A DNA stretch of 64,000 nt from Eledone cirrhosa (taxonomy: Eukaryota), in the NCBI GenBank assembly GCA_964016885.1, contig OZ024743.1, positions 200,136,001 to 200,200,000 of the forward strand, in the 5' to 3' direction. This document shows positions 40,781 through 55,992 of this stretch, in pieces. The first letter of the stretch is position 1; every line of letters begins with the position of its first letter. A program made the translations under genes and the position numbers. A model generated the notes under the pieces. It ran no database searches and was not told the origin of the DNA. It saw only the letters and a list, made by a program, of their open reading frames with translations.

Positions 40781-42679
40781 GTGTATGGATGCATGTATAT
40801 GGTTATAATGTTTATATCCGTGCATGTGTAATACAAGATACATCTTTTAAGGTCCGACGTTAGATACATATTTTAGTATAGTGGAGGTTTTTTGTTTTTT
40901 TTTTGTTTTTTTATTGATGTATATGTATGTGTGTGTATGTACGTTTATATGTGGGTGTGTCTGTGTGGGTGTCTACAGATGTGTATATATATATATATTT
41001 ATATGTGTGTGTATATATGTATGTGTATGTATGTGTGTATGTGTATGTGTGTGTGTATGTGTGTATACATGTATATGTATATGTGTATATATATGTGTGA
41101 ATATATATATATATATATACATTTATTTATTTTTCTATTTACTTATTTATTTATATGTGTGTATGTATGCATGCATGTATCTGTATGGATGGATGTATAT
41201 GGTTACATGGTTTATATTTGTGCATGTATAACAGGATGCATCCTTCTATGGATGACCCTGTATGACCTTTTGTGGATATTTATATGACTCTGAGTATATC
41301 ACATTGGGGTACGGACAGAGATATATACATGTGTGCGTGTATCTATCTTTGTGGATGTACGTGGACACGGAAATAATTGGGCGCGTATTTGTTGGAATGT
41401 ATATGAGCCAGTGTGTGGGTGTGTATGTATGTGTGTGTATGTGCACCTACATAGGTTAGGGATTGTTTGTGAGTATGTTTATGAGCGTGTACATATACAT
41501 ATATGTAGATATATATATATATGTATATGTGTGTATGTGTGTATGTGTCTTTGGGAGCGTGTCTGTCTTTGTGCCTCTCTATAAGGACAGGCGTGTATAT
41601 GTGCGTGTGTGTGTGTCTGCGTATATGTCTGTACGTGTTTGTGTATATGAGCAGGTACGTATCCTTGTATGCGTGTACGTGTGTGTGTGTGTGTGCGCGC
41701 GCGTGCGTGTGCGTGCGTGTGAGATTGGATATACGAGGTCATATAGGCAGGCGCCTGTGGATGTGTATGTTGGTATGTATATGGCCGTGGGCGTGTGTGT
41801 GTATGTGTGGGTATATATGTGTGTGTGAGCGGACTTGTGAAATACCAAACCCAGCATGAGTCCATTGAAGTGTGTCGTACGGAGAGTATCTGATGGACAG
41901 TATGGCAGCAAATATTGACCAGAATTTATGATGACGTAGAAAAACAACAGCCAATAGCAAGACAAGAGAGGAAGATGTTTTTTGAAGCTAACAGACCAGT
42001 GAGAAAATTTGTTCCTAAAGTATTGCATGTGTCCGAAGAACTTGCAGATCTAGAATCAGACAGATCCATACAATGATCGTGTCTCGAGCTATCTGCCGGT
42101 GAAACAATTGTAACAGACAATAAACTGAGTCCAGATGCATCATTGATTTTTCGTTTTATATTATATATATAAATATATATATATATACAATTATATATAT
42201 ACATATATATAGATAGATAGATACATATATATATATATTCAAACTTTATCTTTAGGTAAATGATTAGCGTCTTATACACCGGAAAATGTGGTATTTAAAT
42301 ACATGAGGGAACTCTATTCTAAACATATACTCACATTCCCATGCAGACAACATTTTCACAATCAAGTACATATAAAAATTTACTTCGACATAGTAACAAA
42401 AAGAAGGATACCAACAACAACAACAACAACGACAACAGCCGCAACATCAACAACAACAAAAACAACAATCACAATAGCAACAACATAGCCCTCACTAATT
42501 ATGTAGGTTCTCGTTGTTTCATTATAGCACAAGTACCATGTTTGTTTATACAAGTCTCAATACATTTAGAAATGTCTTATCTTCGCATCATTTTGACGAC
42601 ACCCTCCCTCTCAAGTGTATATATATACATACATACATACATGCATATATATATATATACATACACACATATATACACT

Positions 42680-42739
<60 letters not shown>

Positions 42740-42768
42740 CATAAATACATATACATATATATATATAT

Positions 42769-42852
<84 letters not shown>

Positions 42853-42854
<2 letters not shown>

Positions 42855-43709
42855 CTTTGAATAACTTTGAAATGTTTTGGCCAGTATTGGCCCAGGCCTT
42901 GTCTAACTTAATAGCACCACCTGGCGAAGTCTTTCAATTCAGGATTTGGGCACCATGGCCCATTCGAGAAGAGAATTACTGTTTGCGGAGACATATCCGG
43001 GTGTGGGTGGTTTGTCCGGGATTACTTGGAGGAATTTGTCCAAAGACTTCTTGAATTTTGTGTGGTCAGTTTCTGTTTTGACGTTCCTGGTGTGATGTTG
43101 AAGAGAGCAGGGCCGATTGAGGTGAAATAATTGTGCCGTATTGTTGTTATGAGTTGCGATTTAGATTTTTGAATGGGACGGATAGCACGGGGCCCAAGCC
43201 TTGGGTGTATCTTGAAGGCGATGCCAACATCATTTGGGCAGTGATGATGGAACATTTTCCACATCATGCAGATAATATAACGCTCACGGCGACGTTGGAG
43301 TGAGTAAAGTTTCAGGTTTTCCAATCGACCCCAGTAGTCAAGGTCTGACATGCCATCTATCTTTTTCGTGATTGCCCTTTGAGGAGCTTCAAGTTTCATG
43401 ATACTTTGTTTCGTGTGGGGAGACCACAGTGGACAACAGTATTCAAGGTGTGGTCGGGCGAAAGTAGAGAAGAGAAGGATAATGGTGCGGGAATCTCTCG
43501 ACTGGAAGGTTCTGAGGATCCAGGAACACATTCTGCGGGCCATGTCAACTTTGCTGCTTATATGCGTGGTCCAGCTTATGTTGCTGTCCACGGTTACTCC
43601 CAAGTCTCTGATGTTGTTAGATGCCACGAGAGTTTCCCCGGAGGGAAGGGAGTACGGGAGTTTCAGAGCATCCTCTTTTCCAAAGTGGATCAGTTCGAAT
43701 TTGTCTTCT
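42853..43709 (-). mobile_element. CR1/L2-group LINE 3' fragment with an open C-terminal ORF, in (TA)n
   Basis: DKFELIHFG...IRDLGVTVD...[10 protein letters not shown]...[11 protein letters not shown]; same 3' end as 9791-10498. Confidence 0.88.
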
Positions 43710-43765
43710 ATATACATACACACATATATATACACACACACACACACACACGCACACACACACAC

Positions 43766-43876
<111 letters not shown>

Positions 43877-43918
43877 CATATATATATATATGCATAATAT
43901 ATATATATATATATTTCT

Positions 43919-43959
<41 letters not shown>

Positions 43960-44544
43960 TAAATATTTTTGTATAATTTTATATGTATGTGTAAGTGTGT
44001 GTATGTGTGTGAGAGGGTGATATAATAGTGTGTTTTTGTTTAGTTCATGTCATCATGTTATATGTGCTTTGGTGTAAGTAAGTGCATGTACGCGTGTACA
44101 AACATAGTCACATGCATAAAATATATAAAATCTCAATTGCAAATTAATGACGAGACTTATATATATATATACACACACACATACACACATACACATACAC
44201 ACACACACACATATATATATGAATTAAAAAATAGAGCAAGAAACCAGGACTATCCGTCATCAGTGATCTTCTGGCCATCATCGGTATTTCTTCGCATTAA
44301 AGACCAGATACCTCAAGCCAGCACGAACAATAACTAAAGTAAGTTAATGGGATAAAAAGAATTGGGTGGAGAAAGAGAGACATGTAAACAACTATTTTTT
44401 AATTCATATGTATCACATTCGCAACAACGCAGCACGCCATTTTTCATTCCTATATATATATAGGAATGAAATATATATATACTCGTATATTATACAGGCG
44501 TATATAAAAGCATGAACAAAGTTTACGCGGAATGGTTTCTAATG

Positions 44545-44912
44545 CAGTGACAAGGCATCAATTTTCTGGAATCGGAAAGCCGATTAGATCGACTCATTGG
44601 TAGTCTGTTTTATCGACTCCGCAAGGATGCAAGGGAAAGTTGTCCTCGTTGGGATTTGAACTCAGCATGTAGACAGTCGTAACTAAATACACTAATTCTG
44701 AGATTTATGTATAATGGTTTATGTATAAAGGCCAGCAATTTTTGAGGACGGGAAAGTCGATTAGATCGACCCCAGTGCGTGACTGGTACTTTATTTTTTC
44801 GACCCCGTAAGGATGGAAGGCAAAGTTAACCTCGGCGGCATTTGAACTCAGATCATAAAGAGCCGTAACTCTATGCTACAAAGCATGGCATGTGACCCTC
44901 TACCGATACTGG
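44545..44912 (-). mobile_element. Two type-A SINEs
   Basis: Reverse-complement SINE units. Confidence 0.8.
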
Positions 44913-47175
44913 AAAACGCCCTTGAGGTTTATATATAATAAACTTACATTTAGTTCAGCTGACGGTATTTTTAGATATGATCATGCCACAGCATAATTAA
45001 TATGGAGATAATGGTGATGAATAAATGTGTTTCATGGTTATTACTCTTCGCCAGTTGTTGCTTACCTATGCTCAACAAAATCTCTAGGATATTGTGTATC
45101 ATACGTCGGCATCTATGTGTAAGAAGTGAGTGTTTACGAACAACGAATACTGTGAACTTACTTCAATGATAGTTCAATGTCTCAAAGTAACTTGTGCTGT
45201 CAACTCTAGAAGGAATCCTTAGATTACGGCTAGTTTAAAAATAGAAGATATGTTTATTTGCTTTAGAAGGTGTGGGGTATTGTTTTTATGTTGTGTAGTT
45301 GATTTGTTTTTATATTTATGTTTATTTATGTGTGAGGGGGGAAGGGGCTGGTTGATAGGGTATCGGTTTTATATGCGCAGTGGGGTGATTAGTTGAGATG
45401 GTATTTAAAAATATGAGCCTGTTTGTGTAATCATAAAAACAGAAAAAATATAAAGGTGGATAAGTTACATTTGTCATTCGGAGGGTGATGTGTAATGGGG
45501 AGTTGAGGTATTGCAATTTAAGGTGCATGATTGTTTGTTCGTGAAAATTAGATTCATTGATGCATAAAAGTTCTTTTTATAGAGATCATGGTAGCGGGAC
45601 CCTTAGCAATATAATGGCCCCTTAACAAAAATTCCTGCAGAAAAATATTATGTACTCATAGCGAGTAACTCTAGACTCTTTAGCTAAATATTGCATAGGC
45701 ATAACTTTAAACGTGTTCAAACTTCAACTCGCTCATTACATACAAACCTTTTTAGAAATATTAAACGAGGATCCGCGACCATGGTTTCTAACTGCATATG
45801 TCCCAAAATATCACCCTGCTTTTTATATGATCAAGGGTCAGTGCTGCAATCGCTTTTGAATTAAACAACAAATATCTCTGCAAATATAAACGAAGTGGCA
45901 ATCACTTCTACATCAACAATAGCAACTCTTTTCTAAGGTAACAATGTATAACAGTAGTACATACTGGTACTTTATATAAAATAACACACGTCAGGAAGAA
46001 AATCAAGTGACGACTCTTAACCATGCATGTGTAGTGGCATTTAAAATATACTACATATTTCAACAAATAATACCATGTCGATAATAAAATAAATTTATTT
46101 TCATGTTTCCTTATGTTTTAAAAATTTACTAAAATATCACAACGAGAATTACGATATAAAATGATAATAAAAAAAAATATGATGTACAAACTTAATAACC
46201 TTTATCTGACATTCGTTGTTTAAACCTATTTATTTATTTATTTTACATGCCTGCCCTGCATCATATAAGCCGTCAAATACGGTATATATATTAGTATAGT
46301 TAATACGAAACATTATGAGATATGTAACGAAAGACTGATAAGTTTCAAAAAGTTGGTACAATGCGGTAGAAATATATAAAAGGCCAAGAATAACAAATAA
46401 AATAAAACAAAGTAATGTTTTACCCAGTATATTTCAACATGATATTTCAGGGCTATACGCTCTTTTCCATTGTGAAACAGACACAACAAAAACAAACGAT
46501 CGATATAGTCTTCCTTAAATGTGTTACGTGTCTGAAACACGCATGCGTGTACTCGTTATAGTAGACAATCTGCTTCGTGCCTTTCCAATCTATTTTATCT
46601 TAGGCTATTTCTAGTTGATGATAATTGTTTCTGCTTTTGGCACAAGGTCTGCAATTATCCAACTGGTACTTTGGTTGAAGATAATGTCCTCTTTGATTCT
46701 TAAATTGTCCACATCCCCTTCCGTTGCTTCTAAAGGGGATCTCAAAATAAACGGGAGAAACAAACCTCAATATATGAGTATAGTTATAAACACATAATAG
46801 TAATCGTAAAACGACATCAGTGACTTAACGGCATTGAGTTCCGTGCTTAAAACTGCTTGATAATTGCCCTTAAGCAAGAAACCCCAAGCATGTGAGTCAC
46901 TGATGTAGCTTTGAGGTTATAATATAAGTACACAATTAAAGAAGAAATAACAATTATTCGACCAACAAAATGTAAAAGACAAGCATTTTACAATATAATC
47001 TTTTTTCCGAGACTAGCTTAGCCATTCACCCTTTCAGGATTGATAAAAAATGTACATGTCCAGGAGCGATACACACACACAAACACACAAACACACACAC
47101 ACACATATATATATATATATGTATAGAGAGAGAGAGAGAGAGAGCGAGAGCAAGGGAGATAGATATGTGTATATA

Positions 47176-47368
<193 letters not shown>

Positions 47369-47549
47369 ATATATGTATATATATATGTATGTATATGTAT
47401 ATATATATATATGTATGTATATGTATATATATATGTATGTATATGTATGTATATATATATGTATGTTTATGTATATATATATATGTATGTATATGTATAT
47501 ATATATATGTATGTATATGTATATATATATATATATATGTATGTATATG

Positions 47550-47710
<161 letters not shown>

Positions 47711-48109
47711 TGTATATATAAAGTATATACATTAATATATATACATATATATCAATGTAACTCTTACACACATTATTTATCTCCCCCTGCCAATTATCAT
47801 TCACACACGCTCTATCTCTATTTCTTTCGTTTTCTTTTCTTTCTCCCCTCTCCTCTCTCTCTCTCTCTCTGCCCCATTTTTTTTCTGTCACTTCCCCTTC
47901 ACTCCCTCACACTCTCTCACTCTCTCCCACTCTCCCACTCTCACACACACACACACACTCTCTCTCTCTCTTATACACATCTGTGTATCTGTCATACCCC
48001 AGAACACTAAACCATATCGGCCTTCTGTTATTTCTGGCTTTATGATCCAGTGACAATGTAACATTCACTTGAAATTGGATAAGATGCCACGAATAAATAA
48101 ACAGAATAT

Positions 48110-48260
48110 ATAGCAACAACAACAACAACAACAACAACAACAGCAACAGTAAAGGCAAGCAAGAACAACAACAACAACATCAACAGCAGCAGTAAAAGCA
48201 AGCAAGAACAACAACAAAAACAACAACAACTAAAGCAGTAAAGGCAGGCAAGAGCAACAA

Positions 48261-48291
<31 letters not shown>

Positions 48292-48895
48292 AGCAACAAC
48301 AACACAACCTATAAAGGCTAGCAAGAGGAACTACAACAACAACAACAACAACAACAAAACCTATAAAGGCTAGCAAGAGGAACTACAACAACAACAACAA
48401 CAACAAAACCTATAAAGGCTAGCAAGAGGAACTATAACAACAACAACAACAAAACCTATAAAGGCTAGCAAGAGGAACTACAACAACAACAACAACAACA
48501 ACAAAACCTATAAAGGCTAGCAAGAGGAACTACAACAACAACAACAACAACAAAACCTATAAAGGCTAGCAAGAGGAACTACAACAACAACAACAAAACC
48601 TATAAAGGCTAGCAAGAGGAACTACAACAACAACAACAACAACAACTATAAAGGCTAACAAGAGGAACTACAACAACAACAACAACAACAACAACTATAA
48701 AGGCAGGCAAGAGGAACTACAACAATAATAACAACAACAACAACAACAGCAAACCTATAAGGCAGACAAGAGGAACTACAATAACAACAACAACTATAAA
48801 GGCTAGCAACTACAACAACAACAACTATAAAGGCAGGCAAGAGGAACTACAACAACAACAACAACAACAGTAACAACAGTAACAACAACAGCAGT

Positions 48896-48932
<37 letters not shown>

Positions 48933-49000
48933 GTAACAACAGTAACAACAACAGCAGTAACAACAACAACAACAGCAGTAACAACAAGATTAAGAGAGAC
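48110..49000. repeat. Compound minisatellite: (CAA)n plus a CCTATAAAGGCTAGCAAGAGGAACTA unit
   Basis: About 12 copies of the constant spacer separated by variable (CAA)n. Confidence 0.92.
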
Positions 49001-49415
49001 AAGAACAATGGTAACAAGAGTACAAAACATCAATAACAACATTGATAACAAAAGTAATCAACACTAACAAAACACAACAGTATATACAAGTATGTATGTA
49101 TGTATGTATGTATGTATGTATGTATGTATGTATGTATGTATGTATGTATGTATGTATGTATGTATGTAGGTAGGTATGTATGTATGTATGTATGTATGTA
49201 TGTATGTATGTATGTAGGTAGGTATGTATGTATGTATGTAGGTAGGTATGTATGTATGTATGTATGTATGTATGTAGGTATGTAGCTATAGCCATGTAAG
49301 TATGTATATATGTTTGTGTGTGTTTTTGTATGATGTATGTATATTTGTATAGGTATGGAGGTATATATTTATGTATATATGTATACGTATGCATGTATAC
49401 ATAGGTATATATGTA

Positions 49416-49452
<37 letters not shown>

Positions 49453-49458
49453 GTATGC

Positions 49459-49520
<62 letters not shown>

Positions 49521-49542
49521 ATACAAACACATACCTATACCC

Positions 49543-49601
<59 letters not shown>

Positions 49602-50589
49602 TTATTTACACACACATACACAACACACTTACATGTGTGTATATAGACATACATATAATTAATTACTTTCCGTTGTTAGACCATCATGTTCTCTTTAGGG
49701 GTTATAACCACAAAATTGTTTTTAAGCAGGGCTAAAAATACTTTCTTATATAGAATTAATTAATTCATATGCTGTATGGCGTGTTCTATAATTTTTAGCA
49801 ACGACTAATTACAAAATCTCCACTAGTTGCATGCATGGCTGTATAGGTTACATGTTTGCTTAGAAACAGCATGCTTCTGAGTTCAGGCCCACTTAACAAT
49901 TCCTTGGATATGATTCAAATAAACTTGTTTTGAGAAAACTATTGTAACTGTTTACAACACTTTCTGTGTACTGAAAACTCTTGCTATGTTACTAAGGTTC
50001 TCTCATATCTACGGTTTCATCAATGTCTTGTATGTAGAATGTGATAGGTTCCTTCGTTAATACGTGGGCTCGAACAGTGCATATTCTTTCTCTGGGTTGT
50101 ATCCACCTTATTGAAGAAGAAGAAGAAGAAGAAGAAGAAGAAGAAGAAGAAGAGCAGCAATGGAAGTAATAAGCAGCATCAGCAGCATTAGCGGCAGCAG
50201 TGACAGCAACAGGAACAACATTGAGGGAGAAAATCTTCGATTGAATCGATGGCATTAGATTTTATTGACCTCAGAAGGATAAAAGCAATGTCGGCCTCAC
50301 GGGGATGTGAACTTAAAAAATTAAGGACCTTAAACAAATATTGTATGGTATTCTAGTACGGCACTCTACTATTTCTCTACCCCACCACCACCACCATCAT
50401 CATCATCAATACAGCCCCACCGCCATGATAGCAGCTGTAATAATAATAGTAACAACAATAGTAACAGCTATAATAACAGTATCAACAACAGTAACTACAA
50501 CAATAACAACAAAATGTCAGGCATGTGAAAACTAGAAGAGTTATGACAAAAACCTAGGGAAATATACAGGCGTCATTATATATTATTTG

Positions 50590-51705
50590 AGCTGTCAAGT
50601 GACAGAATCGGTAGAGCGAAGTAGCAAGTGCTTTGTGACATTAAGTTACGTCCATTTAGGTTATGAGTTCAATCCCGTTCCAGTTGATTTTGCCTTTTCG
50701 TCTTACGGAGATTATGAAATAAGTAGCAGGCAAGTACTGGTTCAATATAATTGGCTATAATCTCCATCAAAATATTTGACATTTAGATTATCATTGATTG
50801 TTAATTATTGAAATGAGGTTTAGGGCGGTGGATTGGCAGTATAGGAAAAGCGTCGGACAACATGCTTTGCAGCATAGAGTTACGGCCCTGTACGTTCTGA
50901 GTTCAAATCCCGCCGAGGTTAGCTTTGCCTTTCATCCTTATGGGGTCGATAAAATAAAGTACCAGTCACGCACTGGGGTCGATTTAATCAGCCCCCTCCT
51001 CTCAAAAAAGAAGTTTCTGGCCTTCTGCCTAAATCAGAAATCATTATTGAAATGGGTGGCATATTGGCGGCACCCTTAGAGCGTCTGACAAAATGCCTTG
51101 CAGTATTCAGTCATAACTTATTACGTTCTGAGTTCAGATCCTGCTGAGATCAACTTGGCCTTTCATCAGGTCGATGAAATATAGTATCAATCAAGTATTG
51201 GGTTCGATTTAATAACATTCTTCTTCTCTTTGATAATTCTATGTTTGTGCCTAAATTAGGCCATTATTCAATGATGGTTTCTGATATAGGCACAAAGCCA
51301 ACAATTTTGGGGGAGGAGAAAGTCGATATATTGACTCCAGTGCGTGACTGGTACTTTATTTTATCGACCACGTAAGGATGAAAGACAAACCTCGGCGGAA
51401 TTTGAACACAGGATGTAAAGGGCCATAAACTCTATGCTGCAAGGCATGTTGTCCGACGCTATACCATCATTATTTATTAATGAAAAAGGGCGGTGGATTG
51501 GCAGAATCGGTAGAGCGTCGGACACTATGCATTGCAGCATAGAGTTACAGACCTTTACGTTCTGAGTTCAAATCCCGCCGAGGTTAGCTTTGCCTTTCAT
51601 TCTTACGGGGGTCGATAAAATAAAGCCATAGTAATGCACTGGGGTCGATTTAATCGACTTCTCCTCTCCCCAAATTACTGGCCTTGTGCCTATAGAAGAA
51701 ACCTT
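50590..51705. mobile_element. Type-A SINE cluster in mixed orientation (+,+,+,-,+)
   Basis: + copies near 50590, 50822, 51053 and 51488; - copy at 51272-51466. Confidence 0.85.
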
Positions 51706-52230
51706 TATTTATTAATGAAAAGAAAACATGGCGGAGTTGATAGAAAATAGGAGAAACGAATGAAATAACTGGTGGGGTTTACTTATTTATTTTAATGTCT
51801 GAGTTTAAATTTCACCGGGTTCAACGCTTAACTTCCTTCTCTCCGGGTGTTAAACATAAGCACCAATCATCCACAGTCGACTATACGTCTACTCTATAAA
51901 ATCTATATAAGCTCTACAAGATTGTTTTAAACCCATATCTTCAGATTTCCCTATCTACCATTTCTGTTGCTTGTTGTTCATTACTTGAAAGCTACGAGTG
52001 TCGTAGAACAAGATGGAAACTTCCGGTCACCTGTGTTCTCTTGCACGTGATCTGATTTCTATATCTGACACGATTTCTATTGTACATGATCTGAGTTCTA
52101 TAATACGTGATATGAGTTGTATCGTGCGTGAGTTGACTTACTATTGTGCAAAACCTGCGATCTATTTTACGTTATCTGAGTTCTATACGTGATCTCACTT
52201 GTATTTAGTTGTGATCATTTATATTATATA

Positions 52231-52696
52231 CGAGCAGAATGGCCCGGCGTTGCTCGGGATTTGCTCTAGGGTTCTTATATATTTGATATATATTTATCCT
52301 TATCGAGCCTCGTGAAATAAATACGTTGTTATTGTGTATGCAAACATATCTGTACACGAATATATATATATATATATATATATTAAAATAACAGATTAAA
52401 GTTTAAGCAAAGAATCGCTGCTTTCACCCTTAACGGGATCTTCTGAAACTAAAAAAATCAATCTGTGAACGCAGAAGTAAATATTTCCAAAAACGTTACA
52501 CACTATATATATACACTATATATATATCATAATGTCGTAATGCAGACAGACATACAGACAGATATTATTTTTGCTCAAAACACTCACAGGACCATAAGTA
52601 TTACATGTGTAAAGTTTCAAAACAATCAGTTGGGTGGTTCTCAAGTTTTAGGGAGTCAGACAGACAGACATGCATTATTTATTTTAGATATATAGA
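52231..52696 (-). mobile_element. Non-autonomous Helitron
   Basis: Minus strand A|TCTATATATC...(GTCT)n...hairpin CCCGAGCAACGCCGGG, 8 nt, CTCG|T (CTAG-like); inserted between A and T with no TSD. Confidence 0.7.
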
Positions 52697-52699
52697 TGA

Positions 52700-52890
52700 C
52701 GTGGGTCTATTTTGGCAGTATTGGTAAAGAGCCGGACAAAATGCTTCGCAGCATAGAGTTATGGACCTTTACGTTATGAGTTCAAATCGCGTGGTTGATA
52801 TAATAAAGTACCAGAATGCAATGGGGTCGATTTAATCGTCGTTCCCTTCCCCTTCAACTTGCTGGCCTTGCACCTGAATCAGAAACCATT
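52700..52890 (+). mobile_element. Type-A SINE with an internal deletion
   Basis: ttggcagtattggtaaagag...gagttcaaatc...aaagtaccag...ctggccttg...gaaaccatta. Confidence 0.75.
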
Positions 52891-53166
52891 ACATGTGACA
52901 GCCGTTCTATTGCATATGACACAATTCTATTGCACGTGACCCTGTTCTATTGTATAGTAGATCTATTTTACGTGAGACCAATTCTATTGTTTGCCGTGAC
53001 ATCGGTTCTATTGTACGTGACACCGGTTCTATGATGTCTGACATCAATTCTATATGATGTCAGTTCGACCGTACGGGACTTCAGAACAACTGTATGCGAC
53101 ACCGGCTCTATTGTATGAAACACAAGTGCTATTTTATGTGAGAAGAGATCTTTTTGTAGTTGGGTT

Positions 53167-53244
53167 CTTTATGTCTATAACTTTATGTCTATAACTTTAT
53201 GTCTATAACTTTATGTCTATAACTTTATGTCTATAACTTTATGT
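53167..53244. repeat. 14-bp tandem repeat (CTTTATGTCTATAA) x ~5.5
   Basis: Direct reading. Confidence 0.9.
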
Positions 53245-53273
53245 TTATTTGTAAACATCTGGCAGGAAGGTAT

Positions 53274-53316
53274 ACGGTGCTGACGATAGCTAATAAGCTT
53301 GAAACTAGTACATCGT
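53274..53316 (+). ncRNA. Minimal type-I hammerhead ribozyme
   Basis: ACGGTG-CTGACGA-t-AGCT-aata-AGCT-t-GAAACTAGT-A-CATCGT; palindromic helix III ACTAGT. Confidence 0.75.
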
Positions 53317-53614
53317 TCCTTTGTCAGTGTTGAACAAAAAGGGCAACGATGGTTGCTAAACACTGTACGGCTTAATTCGGGATGTTTCTTTACAAACAAA
53401 CCGAGCATTATAATAAATGTTCGGTAAATCCATACGTACATATATATATGTGTGTGCATGTATGTATATATATACATACTACTGTACGTCTGTATACATA
53501 TATGTATGTACGTATACATACTTATATATATATATATTCACGCACACACAAACACACACACATATATATGTATATATATGTGTGTGTATGTGTGTATATA
53601 TACATATATGTATG

Positions 53615-53729
<115 letters not shown>

Positions 53730-54565
53730 TCATATATCAAATGTGTCTGTGTCCTGTGTGGTTGCATTTCGGTGTAGGTGTATAGGTACATGTCTGAGTG
53801 TGTGTTTGTGTGTGTCTCTTTCTCTCAATCTCTCTCCCCCCTCTCTTTCTCTCCCCCTCTCTCTCTCATCTCTATCTATCTATCTATCTATCTATCTCTA
53901 TCACTATATTTCTCTCTTTCTGTGTGTATATATATATATATATATACATGTAGTGATGTTAGTCTATATATGTATGTAACTATTGCCATTGTTCTTCAGT
54001 TGTTCTTTAGCCTCCAACCCCCCGTCAATCTATAACAACATCCACCCGACCATCCTTTCTGCCAGCCACCCCTTGTTTAAACATCTTCAGTAATTTAAGG
54101 GCCCTCACCCTTTATTATTTTATTTATTCACTGGTACGTTGTTACTTCTCATTTGTTTACATTACTCACCTCCCTGGCACTCTTATCTCACCTCCTCATA
54201 CCCCCCTCCAATGTTTTCTCTCTCTCTACCCCTCCCTCTCTCACACACATCCTTGCTCTCTCTCTACCCCCCCCCATCTCTCTACCCCCCTCTCTCTCTA
54301 CCCCCTCTCCCACACAATCCTTTCTCTCTCTCTACCTCTCTCAGTCTCTCACACTCACAAACTCTCTTTCTCTTTTACTATCTGGCTCTTAGCTCGTTTT
54401 CTTTAATTATTTCTCTCTCTTTATCTCTATCTCTCTCCTTTTCTCTTTCAAGCACACACACACCCTCTCTCTCCCCCTCTCTCTCCTCTCTCTCTTCTCT
54501 CTCCCTCTCTCTTTTACAATCTGTCTCTAGCTCCTCTTCTTTAATTATTTCTCCACTCTCTCAGC

Positions 54566-54648
<83 letters not shown>

Positions 54649-54802
54649 TCTGTCTCTGTTGCCTGTTGTTATCTTGGTGTACTGATCTACATTGTCTTCA
54701 ACCATAACTAAATCTGCTACTGTTTCCTTTTTTTTCTGAATCTGTTTCTCCTATAATACCTTCTTATTAACCCATCTAAGATCCCTCATTTCTCTTCCTC
54801 TC

Positions 54803-54911
<109 letters not shown>

Positions 54912-54912
54912 A

Positions 54913-54959
<47 letters not shown>

Positions 54960-55729
54960 ACCGGATGGTTGTTTATATATATATATATATCTTTCCTTTC
55001 CACTCTCCCTGTCTCATCTTTTATTCTCTTTTTTTTTTTTGTCTGACGTCAATCACTGTTTTATTTACTTCCTAAACAAAGCACTTCATCCAATCCTTCA
55101 TCTCTAAACCTGATGCCCTTATGAAACTGCTTTATCAACTAACATACACCAAAGAATCAAAACAATACTCGTTCTAGATTTTCTACGCCATTTTGTTCCG
55201 TTTTGGTCATTAAGGGATCCAACAAAACGCTTTCTTGGGGCTCCTGCCCTTCCTTCCATATTAAGTCTATAAATACTTTTTTTTTAATATTTCCTTCTAT
55301 CTACTTCCTAGATAGTATCATAGTGGTACCGTTTTTATCTTAGTATGTTTTGTTTTGTTGTTATGACTGAAAGAGAGGTTGCGTTGGCTTGATATGAGAT
55401 TTATTGTGTTTATAGAAGTCCCAGTCCAATTATGTTTACGGTGATTTGAGGTGAAATTTGAACTCAAAACATACATAACCGGAACAGCGCAAGGTATTCC
55501 GTTCCATATTCTAACAGTTTTGCCAATCCGAACCCCTGGATTGGTATTTTACTTGGTGACTCATGATAAAAGGTACAGGTTTATGATAAGGAATGTAAAG
55601 GTTTGTTTATGATAAGGAAAGCTATATACATTTATGATAAGGGACGTTACAGGTATATTATAGGCGAAGTACTGTTTTATTATAAAGGACAATTAGACAT
55701 GCATGGAAAAAGAGTCTAAAGTCTGTCTT

Positions 55730-55992
55730 AAGCCAGAAGGCTCATTTGGTCGGTGCTTATCCCGGTTTCATGGCGTGAAGCTACTGAGAGTACAAGACTC
55801 CCCTCTGGACATGACGCCAGCAGGTTTAAATCCCCAGCTATTGCTGGTACTACTTTTCAGCTGAGTATACTGGAGCAACATGAAATAAAGTGTTTTGCTC
55901 AAGAACACAACACGCAACCCAGGAATCGAACCCACTACATTATGATCACATGTCCAACACCCTTATCAGTAGGTCACGTGCCTCCACATGGC
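55730..55992 (-). mobile_element. tRNA-derived SINE (type B-like)
   Basis: Minus strand: gggttcgattcctgggttgcgtgttgtgttcttgagcaaaacactttatttcatgttgctccagtatactcagctg. Confidence 0.65.

Noticed and set aside
41830-42152. Complex island that looks coding (also 33280-33480, 24885-25020)
   Set aside because: No recognisable motif, with stops or no clear splice borders; probably old TE fragments or non-coding DNA.
48110-49000. CRISPR-like repeat-spacer appearance (also 60171-60570)
   Set aside because: The spacers are microsatellite or near-identical, the context is eukaryotic, and there are no cas genes.
51488-51585. tRNA gene calls from A/B boxes
   Set aside because: They are SINE heads without a cloverleaf, followed by the shared SINE body.
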